Notes under the pieces: generated by a model
Database searches by the model: none
Told to the model about the DNA's origin: nothing
Seen by the model: the letters and a program-made list of their open reading frames with translations, nothing else
Source: Candidatus Eiseniibacteriota bacterium
GTDB lineage: Bacteria > Orphanbacterota > Orphanbacteria > Orphanbacterales > Orphanbacteraceae
Reading direction: 5' to 3'
Length of the DNA: 59,765 nucleotides
Assembly (NCBI GenBank): GCA_043809585.1
Contig: JBDROZ010000109.1
Coordinates: 1 to 59,765, forward strand
Program-made: the position numbers and the translations under genes
Shown here: piece by piece, positions 38,151-47,569 of the stretch
How the letters are laid out: each line of letters starts with the position of its first letter
Position numbering within the stretch: position 1 is the first letter of the stretch

Positions 38151-39467
38151 TTGTTCGAGGAACTGAGCGGAAAGCTCGAATCCGCCTTCCGGAAGCTCCG
38201 GGGGAAGGGGAAACTCTCGGACAAGGACGTCCAGGCCGGTCTCCGGGAGATCCGGCTTGCGCTTCTCGAGGCGGACGTTCATTATCAGGTGGTCAAAGAC
38301 TTCCTCGCCGCCGTGAAGGAGCGGGCCGTGGGGGAGGAGGTGCTCGGCAGCCTCACCCCGGGCCAACAGGTGGTGAAGGTCGTCCATGACGAGCTCGTCC
38401 GTCTTCTCGGGCGAAGCTCCTCGGCGATCCCGCTCGCCTCGCAGCCCCCCACGGTCGTCATGCTCGTCGGGCTCCAGGGGTCGGGAAAGACCACCGCCGC
38501 GGCGAAGCTCGCCGCCCGGTTTCAGAAGCGGGGGAAGAAGTCCCTCCTGGTGGCGGCGGACGTTCACCGCCCGGCGGCGGCGGAGCAGCTCGCCCAACTC
38601 GCGAAGGGGGTGGGCTGCGAAATCGCCCGGGGCGCGGGCGGCGAGCCGGCCGAGAAGATCGCCGGCGATGCGGTCCGGGCGGCCCGGGGGAAGTCGTTCG
38701 ACGTGGTCATCGTCGACACGGCGGGCCGGCTCCACATCGACGACGACATGATGGCCGAGGTGGAGCGGGTCCGGGCGGCGACCGAGCCTCACGAGATCCT
38801 GCTCGTGGTCGACGGCATGACCGGCCAGGACGCGGTCAACGTGGCGGGCGCCTTCGAAGAGCGGCTCGGATTGGGCGGCTTCATCCTCACCAAGATGGAT
38901 GGGGACGCCCGGGGGGGAGCGGCTCTTTCGATCCGCGAGGTCACGGGGAAGCCGGTCAAGTTCCTCGGGATGGGCGAGGGGATCGAGGCGCTCGAGGAGT
39001 TCCATCCGGAGCGGATGGCCGGGCGCATCCTGGGCATGGGCGACGTGGTCTCCCTCGCCGAGAAGGCCCACGAAGCGTTCGACGAAAGAAGGGCCCGGGA
39101 CCTCGCGGAGAAGCTGCGGCGTCGGGCGTTCACGCTCGACGACTTCGCGGACCAGCTCCGGAGCGTCCGCAAGATGGGCCCTCTCGACCAGATCCTCGGC
39201 ATGCTGCCGGGGGCGGCGAAGTTGCCGAAGGGTCTTGCCGTGGACGAGAAGGCCCTCGGCCGGGTCGAGGCGATCATCTCCAGCATGACCGTGCGGGAGA
39301 GGTCGGAGCCGGAGGTCCTGAACGGGAGCCGGCGGAAGCGGATCGCCCGCGGGAGCGGGACCACGGTCCAGGAGGTCAACCAACTCGTCCGGCAGTACGA
39401 GATGATTCGGAAAATGATGCGGCGCGCGGGCAAGGGCCGGCGGGCCGGCATCGCCTTCGGATTGTAG
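38151..39467 (+). CDS. ffh: Signal recognition particle protein
   Basis: MFEELS (TTG start), LLEADV, GLQGSGKTT, DTAGR, TKMDGDARGG, RKRIARGSG. Confidence 0.97.
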   Translation: MFEELSGKLESAFRKLRGKGKLSDKDVQAGLREIRLALLEADVHYQVVKDFLAAVKERAVGEEVLGSLTPGQQVVKVVHDELVRLLGRSSSAIPLASQPPTVVMLVGLQGSGKTTAAAKLAARFQKRGKKSLLVAADVHRPAAAEQLAQLAKGVGCEIARGAGGEPAEKIAGDAVRAARGKSFDVVIVDTAGRLHIDDDMMAEVERVRAATEPHEILLVVDGMTGQDAVNVAGAFEERLGLGGFILTKMDGDARGGAALSIREVTGKPVKFLGMGEGIEALEEFHPERMAGRILGMGDVVSLAEKAHEAFDERRARDLAEKLRRRAFTLDDFADQLRSVRKMGPLDQILGMLPGAAKLPKGLAVDEKALGRVEAIISSMTVRERSEPEVLNGSRRKRIARGSGTTVQEVNQLVRQYEMIRKMMRRAGKGRRAGIAFGL

Positions 39468-39541
39468 GCGGGGCCCCTCGGCGGGCCGGATCGGCAACGA
39501 GAGGGACGGGCGTCGCCCGGTCCCGGGAGGAGAGACTCAAG

Positions 39542-40018
39542 GTGGCGGTCAAGATTCGACTGGCGAGACACGGCAGGAAGAAGAGGCCTTATTACCGGAT
39601 CGTGGTGGCCGATTCGCGGGCGGCCCGGGATGGTCGCTTCATCGACATCATCGGGACGTACAACCCGATCCTCAACCCGGCCAAGGTCCAGGTGGACCAG
39701 ACGAAGACCTTCAAGTGGCTCGGCGAAGGCGCGATCATGACGGGCACGGTGGAGAAGATTCTGGAGAGGAGCGGCGTGCTCGCCAAGTACAAGGCCGGGG
39801 AGCCGGTCTCCGCCGAGGAGAGCAAGATCACCCTCGATATCTTCGCCCATCCCCTCGACGAGCACGGTTCGAAGCGGAAGGGCCCGCGGAAGCAGGCCGC
39901 GACGATGACGGCGGAAGCGGAAGCGGCCGGGAGCAAGACCCCCGCCGAAGAGCCCGCCCGGGCCGATACCGCGACGGACGCCCCCGAAGCGGGCGAGAGC
40001 GAGGAGAAGTCGGAGTAG
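39542..40018 (+). CDS. rpsP: 30S ribosomal protein S16 with C-terminal extension
   Basis: VKIRLARHGRKKRPYYRIVVADSR..RDGRFI..GTYNP. Confidence 0.97.
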   Translation: MAVKIRLARHGRKKRPYYRIVVADSRAARDGRFIDIIGTYNPILNPAKVQVDQTKTFKWLGEGAIMTGTVEKILERSGVLAKYKAGEPVSAEESKITLDIFAHPLDEHGSKRKGPRKQAATMTAEAEAAGSKTPAEEPARADTATDAPEAGESEEKSE

Positions 40019-40248
40019 TGAAGGACCTGATCGAATACATCGCCCGCATGCTCGTCGACGATCCGGACCAGGTCCGCGTGGAGGAGGCGGCCAAGGACGA
40101 CGCCACCGTTTTCCAGCTCCACGTGGCCAAGAACGATCTGGGCAAGGTGATCGGCAAGAACGGCCGCACCGCCCGATCGATCCGGTCCCTTCTCGGAGTC
40201 CTCTCCGCCAAGGAGGGCCGGAGGGCGTCCCTCGAAATCGTCGATTGA
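40018..40248 (+). CDS. khpA: KH-domain RNA-binding protein
   Basis: DLIEYIARMLVDDP..DLGKVIGKNGRTARSIR; canonical position between rpsP and rimM. Confidence 0.93.
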   Translation: MKDLIEYIARMLVDDPDQVRVEEAAKDDATVFQLHVAKNDLGKVIGKNGRTARSIRSLLGVLSAKEGRRASLEIVD

Positions 40249-40264
40249 CGGAACCGGAGATTCG

Positions 40265-40807
40265 ATGAATGGGACGGAGCGGATCCGCATCGGCGCCGTG
40301 GGCGGAGTCCACGGTCTCCGGGGAGAGGTCCGGCTTCACACGGATCGCCGGTTCGCGGAGGCCGCCGGCCGTCTTACCCGCGTTTTCGTTCTCCGGGACG
40401 GTGAAGGGGAGGCGCGGGAGCGCGTCGTCGTCGCCGCCCGCCGCCACAAGGACGTCCTCCTCGTCACCCTCGAAGGAGTCCCCGACCGGACCGCCGCGGA
40501 AGCTCTGAAGGGCGTCATCGTCTTCGCGGGCCGGGAGGATCTCGCCGCGGCCGGAGCGGAGGCCCCCTACCCGGAAGACCTTCTCGGCCTCGCCGTGACG
40601 GACCGGAAGGGGGAAGAGATCGGCGTTCTCGAGGACATTCTCGAATACCCCGGCTACGACATGTTCGTCGTCGCGGGGCCGGACGGGGACCACCTCGTCC
40701 CGGCGGTCCCCGAGTTCGTCACCGAGGTCGACCTCGAAGGCGGCCGAATCGTTCTCACCCTTCCCCCCGGCCTCCTCGACATCAACCGGGACAAGACGCC
40801 CGGCTAG
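40265..40807 (+). CDS. rimM: Ribosome maturation factor RimM
   Basis: IGAVGGVHGLRGEV, DRTAAEALKG, LVPAV..EVDLE. Confidence 0.93.
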   Translation: MNGTERIRIGAVGGVHGLRGEVRLHTDRRFAEAAGRLTRVFVLRDGEGEARERVVVAARRHKDVLLVTLEGVPDRTAAEALKGVIVFAGREDLAAAGAEAPYPEDLLGLAVTDRKGEEIGVLEDILEYPGYDMFVVAGPDGDHLVPAVPEFVTEVDLEGGRIVLTLPPGLLDINRDKTPG

Positions 40808-40821
40808 CACCGGTGGTGGCC

Positions 40822-41505
40822 ATGCGCTTCTACGTGATCACGATCTTCCCCGAGCTCTTTCCCGGGCCCCTCGCCGCCGGCGTGACGGGGAAGGCGTTGG
40901 ACGCGGGAAAGGTGGAGATCGTCCCCGTCGACCTCCGGGACTTCACCGACGACCGGCACCGGACCGTGGACGACGCGCCCTACGGAGGGGGACCGGGAAT
41001 GGTGATGAGGCCGGACCCCCTCTTTCGGGCGGTCGACCGGATCCACGAAGAGGGGGGGGAGGGAATCCCCGTCATTCTCTTGACGCCCCAAGGGGAGCCG
41101 CTTCGCCAGGACCGGGTGAAGCAGATCTCCGAGGGAGAGGAGTGGATCGTGGTGTGCGGGCGCTACCGGGGCGTGGACCAGCGGTTCCGGGAGGCCCGGG
41201 TCGACCTGGAAATCTCGATCGGCGATTTCGTGGTCTCCGGCGGGGAGATCCCCGCCATGGTCCTCATGGACGCCGTGATCCGCTGGATCCCCGGCGTTCT
41301 GGGGAACGAGGATTCGGCGGAGGACGACTCCTTCGCCGGTGGACGGCTCGCCGGTCTCGACTACACCCGGCCGGCCCTCTACCGGGGCATGGAAGTCCCC
41401 GAGATCCTCGTCTCCGGCGACCACGGGAAGATCGCGAAATGGCGGAGGGAACGGGTGGAGGAAGAGACCCGCCGCCGCCGTCCCGATCTCCTCGAAGAGG
41501 ATTAG
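40822..41505 (+). CDS. trmD: tRNA (guanine37-N1)-methyltransferase
   Basis: ITIFPE, VDDAPYGGGPGMVM, CGRYRGVD, SIGDFVVSGGE, VSGDHG. Confidence 0.97.
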   Translation: MRFYVITIFPELFPGPLAAGVTGKALDAGKVEIVPVDLRDFTDDRHRTVDDAPYGGGPGMVMRPDPLFRAVDRIHEEGGEGIPVILLTPQGEPLRQDRVKQISEGEEWIVVCGRYRGVDQRFREARVDLEISIGDFVVSGGEIPAMVLMDAVIRWIPGVLGNEDSAEDDSFAGGRLAGLDYTRPALYRGMEVPEILVSGDHGKIAKWRRERVEEETRRRRPDLLEED

Positions 41506-41606
41506 AACTCGTTTCGAGACCCCTTCCTGCCGCGGCCGGCTGCAGGGACGGCCCTCACCCCTGGCACCCGCCCATCGAAATCAAGTCTGAGGTCTTGTGG
41601 AATTAG

Positions 41607-41794
41607 CCTTGATCTTTCATAAAATCTCGAGAGCAAACGCGTGAGAGTGCGTCAGATGCGGCAGCGCGCCGCATTCACCAAGCAGAGCATATCCAACGAT
41701 ATGTGAGCATTGGTGAATGCCGCGCCCTGTCGCAGATGGCGTGCTATCATGCGAGCGTCAGCGTTTTGAGCCGAGATTTTATGAAAGATCAAGG
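41607..41794. mobile_element. 188-bp MITE with 23-bp perfect TIRs and 4-bp TTAG target duplication
   Basis: ccttgatctttcataaaatctcg (41607-41629) and cgagattttatgaaagatcaagg (41772-41794); ttag at 41603-41606 and 41795-41798; palindromic interior. Confidence 0.88.
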
Positions 41795-41906
41795 TTAGGA
41801 TGAGGATCCCCGCCATGACGACTTCCCGTTCCGAGATCCCCGTCCCCGCGAAGCCCGCCGCGGGCCCCGGCCCTTTCCCCCGCCTCTCCCTTCCGTGGGT
41901 CCGGTC

Positions 41907-43220
41907 GTGAGCGATTGCTCCTCGTTCGAAGCGGTGATCGAGAAGATCGTGACCGGCGGCGCGGGGCTCGCCCGGGCGGACGGGGAGATCGTCTTCATCG
42001 CCGGCGTCCTTCCCGGGGAGCGGGTGCGGGCCCGCGTGGTGCGGCGGGCGAAGGGTTTTCTCGAAGCGGAGGCGATCGAGATCCTCGATCCTTCCCCCGG
42101 GCGCGTGGCCCCCCCGGAAGGCCCCCCGGGGTCCCTCGCCGGCGCCGACTTCGTCCACATGAGTCTCGCCGTCCAGCACGAGGTGAAGCGGGAGATCGTC
42201 CGGGACTGTTTTTCCCGCATCGGCAAGATCGACATCGGGCCGGCTCTGGAAGGGCCGGAACCGGCGGGGCCCCCTTGGGGCTACCGGAACAAGATCGGCC
42301 TCCACGGAGACGGAAGCGGGGGATACGGCATGCACCGGCCGGGCACGGGGGATCTCGTTCTCCTCACGCGGAACTTCCTCCTCCCCGATCTCTTTCACGA
42401 GGAAGCCCTCCCTCTCCTCCGGCGGCTCCCGCCGGCGCCGCGGGCCGAGGTTCGTTTCGACGGACGGGGCCGGTTTCTCCTCTCCCTCGAGGGCGCGAAG
42501 GAGCGGGGGGGCCGTCTCCGGACCCGGGTCTCCCGGGCCTCGGCCGGGGAGTCGTCTCCTCCCGGCTTGGCGGGCGTCATGGTCGACGGCCGGGCGGTTC
42601 GGGGGGAGGACCACCTCGACATCGCCGTGGGGGGCCGCCTCTACCGGGTCCACGGGCGCAGCTTCTTCCAGGTGAACCTCGCCGGCGCGGAAACGCTCGT
42701 CCGCCTGGTCGCGGGGTGGATGGGCGAGGCCGGTCTCACGCCGGATTCACCGGGCCTCGGGCTGCTCGATTTGTACGGGGGGGGGGGACTCTTCGCCGTG
42801 GCCTTCGCGGACCGTTTCGAGAGGACCGTCCTCGTGGAGAGCGAAGGGCACGCGATCCGGGATGCCCGGGAGAACGCGCGGCGCGCCGGCCCGGCGGGGA
42901 GCAGGGTGGAGGTGATCCGTTCGACCGTGGAGTCGGCCCTCCGGCGATGGACCGCGGGCTTCCCTTACGGCGATCCGGGGAGAGCGGTCGCCCTCGTCGA
43001 TCCTCCCCGGGCCGGTCTCGCCCCGCCGGTCCTCGAGGCCCTCGCGTCCCTCGGACCGGCGCGTCTCTTCTACGTCAGTTGCGATCCGGCCACACTCGCC
43101 CGGGACTGCCGGATCCTGTCCGCATCGGGATACCGGGCGGCGCGGGTCCGCCTGATCGACATGTTTCCGCAGACCTCTCACGTAGAGACCGCGACCGAAC
43201 TCGTTCACGCCCGAGATTAG
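41907..43220 (+). CDS. TRAM-domain RNA m5U methyltransferase (RlmD/TrmA family)
   Basis: TRAM domain (GVLPGERV), YRNKI, SFFQVN, LDLYG, VDPPRAG, YVSCDPATLARD, DMFPQTSHVE. Confidence 0.92.
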   Translation: MSDCSSFEAVIEKIVTGGAGLARADGEIVFIAGVLPGERVRARVVRRAKGFLEAEAIEILDPSPGRVAPPEGPPGSLAGADFVHMSLAVQHEVKREIVRDCFSRIGKIDIGPALEGPEPAGPPWGYRNKIGLHGDGSGGYGMHRPGTGDLVLLTRNFLLPDLFHEEALPLLRRLPPAPRAEVRFDGRGRFLLSLEGAKERGGRLRTRVSRASAGESSPPGLAGVMVDGRAVRGEDHLDIAVGGRLYRVHGRSFFQVNLAGAETLVRLVAGWMGEAGLTPDSPGLGLLDLYGGGGLFAVAFADRFERTVLVESEGHAIRDARENARRAGPAGSRVEVIRSTVESALRRWTAGFPYGDPGRAVALVDPPRAGLAPPVLEALASLGPARLFYVSCDPATLARDCRILSASGYRAARVRLIDMFPQTSHVETATELVHARD

Positions 43221-43280
43221 ATAAAAGAGCGAGGGGCCGGGTGTCCGGCCCCGAGGTGCTTCGTTCGCGGTTCTCCCGGC

Positions 43281-44096
43281 TCATCGGAGAAGAACGATCT
43301 TCTGTCGCATCCCTCCTTCGCTCCCGTCCAAACGGAAGAAGTAGACGCCCGAAGGGGACTCGACTCCCCGGTCATCCCGCCCGTCCCAGAGAATCTCCCC
43401 GGTTCCGCCTTGCGCGGGCGCGTCGAAAATCCGCACCGACCGTCCTCTCGCGTCGTACACGCCGAGGCGGCGGCCGTACGAAACGCCCGGGGGGAGGGTG
43501 AAAGAGATCCTCGTCGATCCCCGGGTCGGGTTCGGTCTCGGCGGATCGAGTCGGAGGAGCGAAACACCCGCCTCCGCCCCCTCCACGCCGACCGTGGGCG
43601 TTCCGACGAACACCCGCGCGCCCACGGCGTCGACCGGCAGGATCTGGACCCGGTTGATGTCCATCACCGCCCAGCTCAGGAACGTGATGTCCGTGAAGCC
43701 CTGGGCGAGGGCCCGGAAGCGGAGGACCAGCAGCTCACCGGGGGGCTGAATGAAACTGTCGAAGGGGAAGATCACCTCGAAGACCTGCCAGGTCCCCGAG
43801 GATTCCTCCTCCACGTTGAAGAACGACTGGTATCCGGAGGCGACGTACAGGGACCCCTCGAAGGCGTCCACGAACTCGATCACTCCGGGATCGAACTGGA
43901 AGATGACCTGAACGTTCGACATGGTGTCCGGTTCCGCGCCGATGACGACGCTGAGATCGAACTCCACGCTCACGTCGACCGACGTGCTCTCCGGCTCTAG
44001 GCTGAGAACCGGGATCGCGTTCGCGCGGGAGGACACGAGGAGACTGATCAGAACGAGTCCTAGCCAGCCGAGCCTGCGGGGTCTCGAATCATTCAC
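43281..44096 (-). CDS. Secreted cohesin-like protein with FlgD-Ig C-terminal domain
   Basis: Signal peptide; FDLSVVI..VIFQFDPGVIEFV..GELLVLRFRAL; PNPTRG..WDGRDDRG..SGVYF. Confidence 0.85.
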   Translation of the reverse strand: MNDSRPRRLGWLGLVLISLLVSSRANAIPVLSLEPESTSVDVSVEFDLSVVIGAEPDTMSNVQVIFQFDPGVIEFVDAFEGSLYVASGYQSFFNVEEESSGTWQVFEVIFPFDSFIQPPGELLVLRFRALAQGFTDITFLSWAVMDINRVQILPVDAVGARVFVGTPTVGVEGAEAGVSLLRLDPPRPNPTRGSTRISFTLPPGVSYGRRLGVYDARGRSVRIFDAPAQGGTGEILWDGRDDRGVESPSGVYFFRLDGSEGGMRQKIVLLR

Positions 44097-44220
44097 CGGA
44101 GAATTCCCTTTCTCTGGTCGCGGCCGCCGCGATTCCGGCCGAACCCGGCGGGGAAGGGGGCGGTCCGGAGGACTCTCGTCCCCCGGGCGCCCCGGTTTCC
44201 GCGCCGGCCGCTCTCAGGTC

Positions 44221-46893
44221 TTACTTCAGAAGAACCACCTTCGAGGTGGTGTCGTAGGATCCGGAAATCATCCGCACAAAATACGGTCCGCTTCCGACGG
44301 AACGGCCGTTGTCGTCCCGGCCGTCCCAGGCCACCGTGTGGCCCCCCGCACTCATGGTCTCGTCCGCGAGGGTCCGGACGAACCGGCCCTGGACGTCGTA
44401 GACCTTGAGTTGGACCCGTGCCTCCCGGCCCAGCTCGAACTGTACCGTGGTCACCGGGTTGAACGGGTTCGGGCGGGCCCCCACGAGACGCGTCGAGGCG
44501 GGCGCCGCGCCGGCCGATCCGCCGTCGCTCTCGATCGCCGCCGCGAGGCTCGCGCCTTCGGTGGAGCGGAGGTCGGCGCCGGCGAGGGTCACGTTCGCCT
44601 CGTCGTCCGAGTGGACCCGGAAGAGGATCCGGGCGATCTCGCCGTTCCCCAGGATCGCGCGGCCCGCTCCGAGCGCCGCCAGGTCGATCCACAAGTCGCC
44701 GCGGTTTTCCTCGCCGCTCTCGAAGAAGAGAGGGCCTCGCGTTCCGGCCAGAGCGTCGGAGCGCCGGGTCTCGACCCACTCGAGGCGGGAAGGATCGAAG
44801 GAAAGGCGGACGCTCGCCGCCTGGATCTCGTCGTCGTTCCCGGAGAGGGAGAGGCTCACCACGTAGCCCTCTTCGCTCTCCACCGGCTCGAGACGGAGCG
44901 TCGGAGTTCCGGACTCGGCCTTTCGGGCGAGCCGGACCACGGGCGCCTCTTTGCCGGCGGCGGTGACGACGCCGTAGTTCATGGCGAAGATCACGAGCTC
45001 GGGGAACTCGATCTCGTCGTTCGGGATCGGGATGCCGAGACGGCTGCCCCCCTCGGAGGGACCGATGTCGAGTTCGTCGTGGGGCGGAACGGGCGGGTTG
45101 CCCGTGTCGTACCGGCGGTAGCCGGAGGAGAGGGCGTTGATGTCGAAGAAGTCCACTTCGCCGTCATAGCCGCCGCCGCCCGACTGGGTGACGTCGCCGA
45201 GCCAGTAGTTGGTCGCCCGGGCCCCTTGGCCGAACGCGGCCGGGAGGCTGTCGGTCGGCGGCGTGCCTCCCTTCAGGTTGCCGGCGCAGTCGTAGGTGAA
45301 GGCGTGATAGAAGTAGATCGAACGGTCGGTGACGACGTCGTCCAACGACTCGCCCGTTCCGTTGTACACCTCCACGCCGTCCCCCGGGTTCGCCGGGAAG
45401 CCGGCCGCCGGCTGGACGTACTCGGGATACCCGTACGGGGCCGAGGCGTCCCACGCCTTCCGGATCACGACCACATGGTCGAAATCGGTGAGCGGGTTCG
45501 TCCAGGAGAGATGCACCTTCCCGTTCCCCGGCGCGGCGCTGAAGATGGTCACCGGCGACGGATCGACGGTGTCCTTGATGAAGGACCAGGACTCTATCGT
45601 GCTCGTGTTGCCGAGCTCGTCGACGCAGTAGAACTCGACCGTGTGGTTCCCCTGGAAGAGGGCGACGAACCCGGGCAGGATCCAGGACGGGTTCGTCCGG
45701 GAGTCGCCGCCGTAGGAGATGAAGAGGGTGGCGCTCGGAGTCCAAGGACCGCCGTCGACGCGATAGAAAGCGTGGTCGAGGGCGCCGCACGGGTCATTGG
45801 CCGAGAGGTCGAGAATGGGCGGCGTGTTCTTGCAGAGGCCGTCCGGGAACGGGCCGTTGATCGTGAAGATCGGATCCCCCTGGTCGACGAGGACCAGGCC
45901 GGGCACGGCCACGAAGCCCGAGAGGGAGTTGTTGTCGTTGTCCACGGCATCCAGAATCGCGACGTCGAAGACGCCCTTGCCGCACCCCACGGCGGTCAAC
46001 TCCACGGTGAACATCGACCCCGGAACGCCGACGCCGGGCTGGCTCCCGAGGAGGACGCAGTCGACGGTGATCTCGTTCGTGCCGGTTTGATGCACTTCGA
46101 ACCAGGTCGTTCCCTGGTCGGAGAGGAGGTTCCCCTGGACGACCTTGCTCGAATCGGTGCTGTAAAGCGAGCCGTCCCATGAGAACTTGACCGAGTAGCC
46201 GTAGAGGAGGCCGCCGCCCCCCCCCTCGTACCGGATATCGAGCGTGTCCACCGGATTGGCCCCGGCGAGCTCGAGCGGGTCGGCTACGCAGAACACGGTG
46301 CCGATGTCGTGGGCCGGCGGCGTGTAGTAAACGATGCCCGAGGCGCCACCCGCGAACTGGATCATGAGCATGGTGGCGGTCAGGTCGAAATCGTCGGCCG
46401 AGTCGAAGGGGCCGTCGTCGAAGACCTGCCAGATCCCGCCGGTCAGGCGGAACATGGGAACCACGTGCCAGGTGTCGTCGCCGTTCTGGGTGATGACGAA
46501 CCGGACGTCCATCGGGCTCGATCCCTCGCCCGCGGCCAGCTGGTGGGTGCTCATGACCCCGGAGAGGTCCTTGTCCCACGCCTTCAGGAGGTGGGCGCCG
46601 GCGCCGCCGCTGTGGGCGTCGATGGTGATGGCGAACTTCTCGAAGTCCGTCCCCGGACCCCGGTCACCAACGTACAACTCGAAAGTCCCCGTGAAACCAC
46701 TGAAGTCGAGGTCCGGGAACGTGATGACATGGGTGTTCCCGTCGCTCAGGTCGAGGGTCCCGAAAGTCCCGTCGTAGAAGAAGCGCAGGTAGCCGCCGGT
46801 GATGCTGTCTCCATAGGAGACCTGCGGCGCGGCGGCGACCAGCGCCAGTGCGAGGATCACCATGATCGTGACTTGCCGGCTCATGAGTCTCAT
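44221..46893 (-). CDS. Large secreted multidomain protein (cohesin-like, Ig/FN3, dockerin-like, cohesin-like, FlgD-Ig)
   Basis: Signal after MRLMSRQ; YSVKFSWD; VHLSWTNP; GDVT..DGEVDFFDI..Y; VRLSFDP; PNPFNP..WDGRDDNG. Alternative GTG start at 47001. Confidence 0.85.
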   Translation of the reverse strand: MRLMSRQVTIMVILALALVAAAPQVSYGDSITGGYLRFFYDGTFGTLDLSDGNTHVITFPDLDFSGFTGTFELYVGDRGPGTDFEKFAITIDAHSGGAGAHLLKAWDKDLSGVMSTHQLAAGEGSSPMDVRFVITQNGDDTWHVVPMFRLTGGIWQVFDDGPFDSADDFDLTATMLMIQFAGGASGIVYYTPPAHDIGTVFCVADPLELAGANPVDTLDIRYEGGGGGLLYGYSVKFSWDGSLYSTDSSKVVQGNLLSDQGTTWFEVHQTGTNEITVDCVLLGSQPGVGVPGSMFTVELTAVGCGKGVFDVAILDAVDNDNNSLSGFVAVPGLVLVDQGDPIFTINGPFPDGLCKNTPPILDLSANDPCGALDHAFYRVDGGPWTPSATLFISYGGDSRTNPSWILPGFVALFQGNHTVEFYCVDELGNTSTIESWSFIKDTVDPSPVTIFSAAPGNGKVHLSWTNPLTDFDHVVVIRKAWDASAPYGYPEYVQPAAGFPANPGDGVEVYNGTGESLDDVVTDRSIYFYHAFTYDCAGNLKGGTPPTDSLPAAFGQGARATNYWLGDVTQSGGGGYDGEVDFFDINALSSGYRRYDTGNPPVPPHDELDIGPSEGGSRLGIPIPNDEIEFPELVIFAMNYGVVTAAGKEAPVVRLARKAESGTPTLRLEPVESEEGYVVSLSLSGNDDEIQAASVRLSFDPSRLEWVETRRSDALAGTRGPLFFESGEENRGDLWIDLAALGAGRAILGNGEIARILFRVHSDDEANVTLAGADLRSTEGASLAAAIESDGGSAGAAPASTRLVGARPNPFNPVTTVQFELGREARVQLKVYDVQGRFVRTLADETMSAGGHTVAWDGRDDNGRSVGSGPYFVRMISGSYDTTSKVVLLK

Positions 46894-47257
46894 CGTCTTT
46901 CGCCCTCCATGGCTCTTTGACTGGGAAGCCCCCTTTCGTTGCGAGGGGAGCGTCTGATTTCTCTCGGACGAGATCGCTGCGGTATTCGTCGTTCTGGTCA
47001 CTCACCTCCTCCGTTTCGAACCATCTCCTTAGACATGTTTTTCCCGCGTCCTCTCCCTCTCCCGGGTCCCGTCGGCGGAGGCGAAGCTCCCGCGGTGGGT
47101 CCGGCACCCATGGGGACCTATTCGAAAACCGGAAGAACCGGGCACCGGGAAACCGGAAACGGCGACAACTCGACTCCGGCCCCCCCGGGGGCTTCCGAAT
47201 CATGTCGTTCGATTCTTCCTGTCGGAAGGGAAGCACGGACTGGGAATCTTTAAAGAA

Positions 47258-47286
47258 CATGGTATCTCCTTATATCGCAAATTGCA
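47258..47286 (-). promoter_or_regulatory. Putative sigma70 promoter for the 44221-46893 gene
   Basis: Minus strand TTGCAA, 17-nt spacer, TACCAT, in an AT-rich patch. Confidence 0.5.
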
Positions 47287-47472
47287 AGAGAAATCATAAC
47301 TTAGGTCTCAAACACCCGATCGACGACGGGCGGATCGGGGCACGGTCCCCACCGGTCCCCGGTCTTCCCGGGGAGGAGCGATCTCCTTCGAGGATAAGGG
47401 GATGGACCTCTGGGCCTCCGGGACCGTCGAGGGCCGGGTTTCCCGAATGGTATGGGGATTCAAAGGTTAGGC

Positions 47473-47501
47473 TTGCCCGGCGGGTGCTTCTGTGCTAGAC
47501 T
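47473..47501 (+). promoter_or_regulatory. Putative sigma70 promoter (divergent from the previous one)
   Basis: TTGCCC, 17-nt spacer, TG-c-TAGACT. Confidence 0.5.
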
Positions 47502-47569
47502 TCTCTCCAGTCGGATTGATCGGTCCATTCCCTCGATTCCGTTCCCCCCGGATCGGCAAAAGGTGGTGT

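Noticed and set aside
35496-39497. 1333-aa ORF as a giant HemA fusion
   Set aside because: The upstream part overlaps ccsA in another frame and is antisense to ffh; HemA starts at about 36881.
46664-47260. 198-aa ORF with AAGGAG RBS
   Set aside because: Overlaps the scaffold gene out of frame, has Arg/Pro-rich shadow composition, and its start coincides with a promoter-like element.
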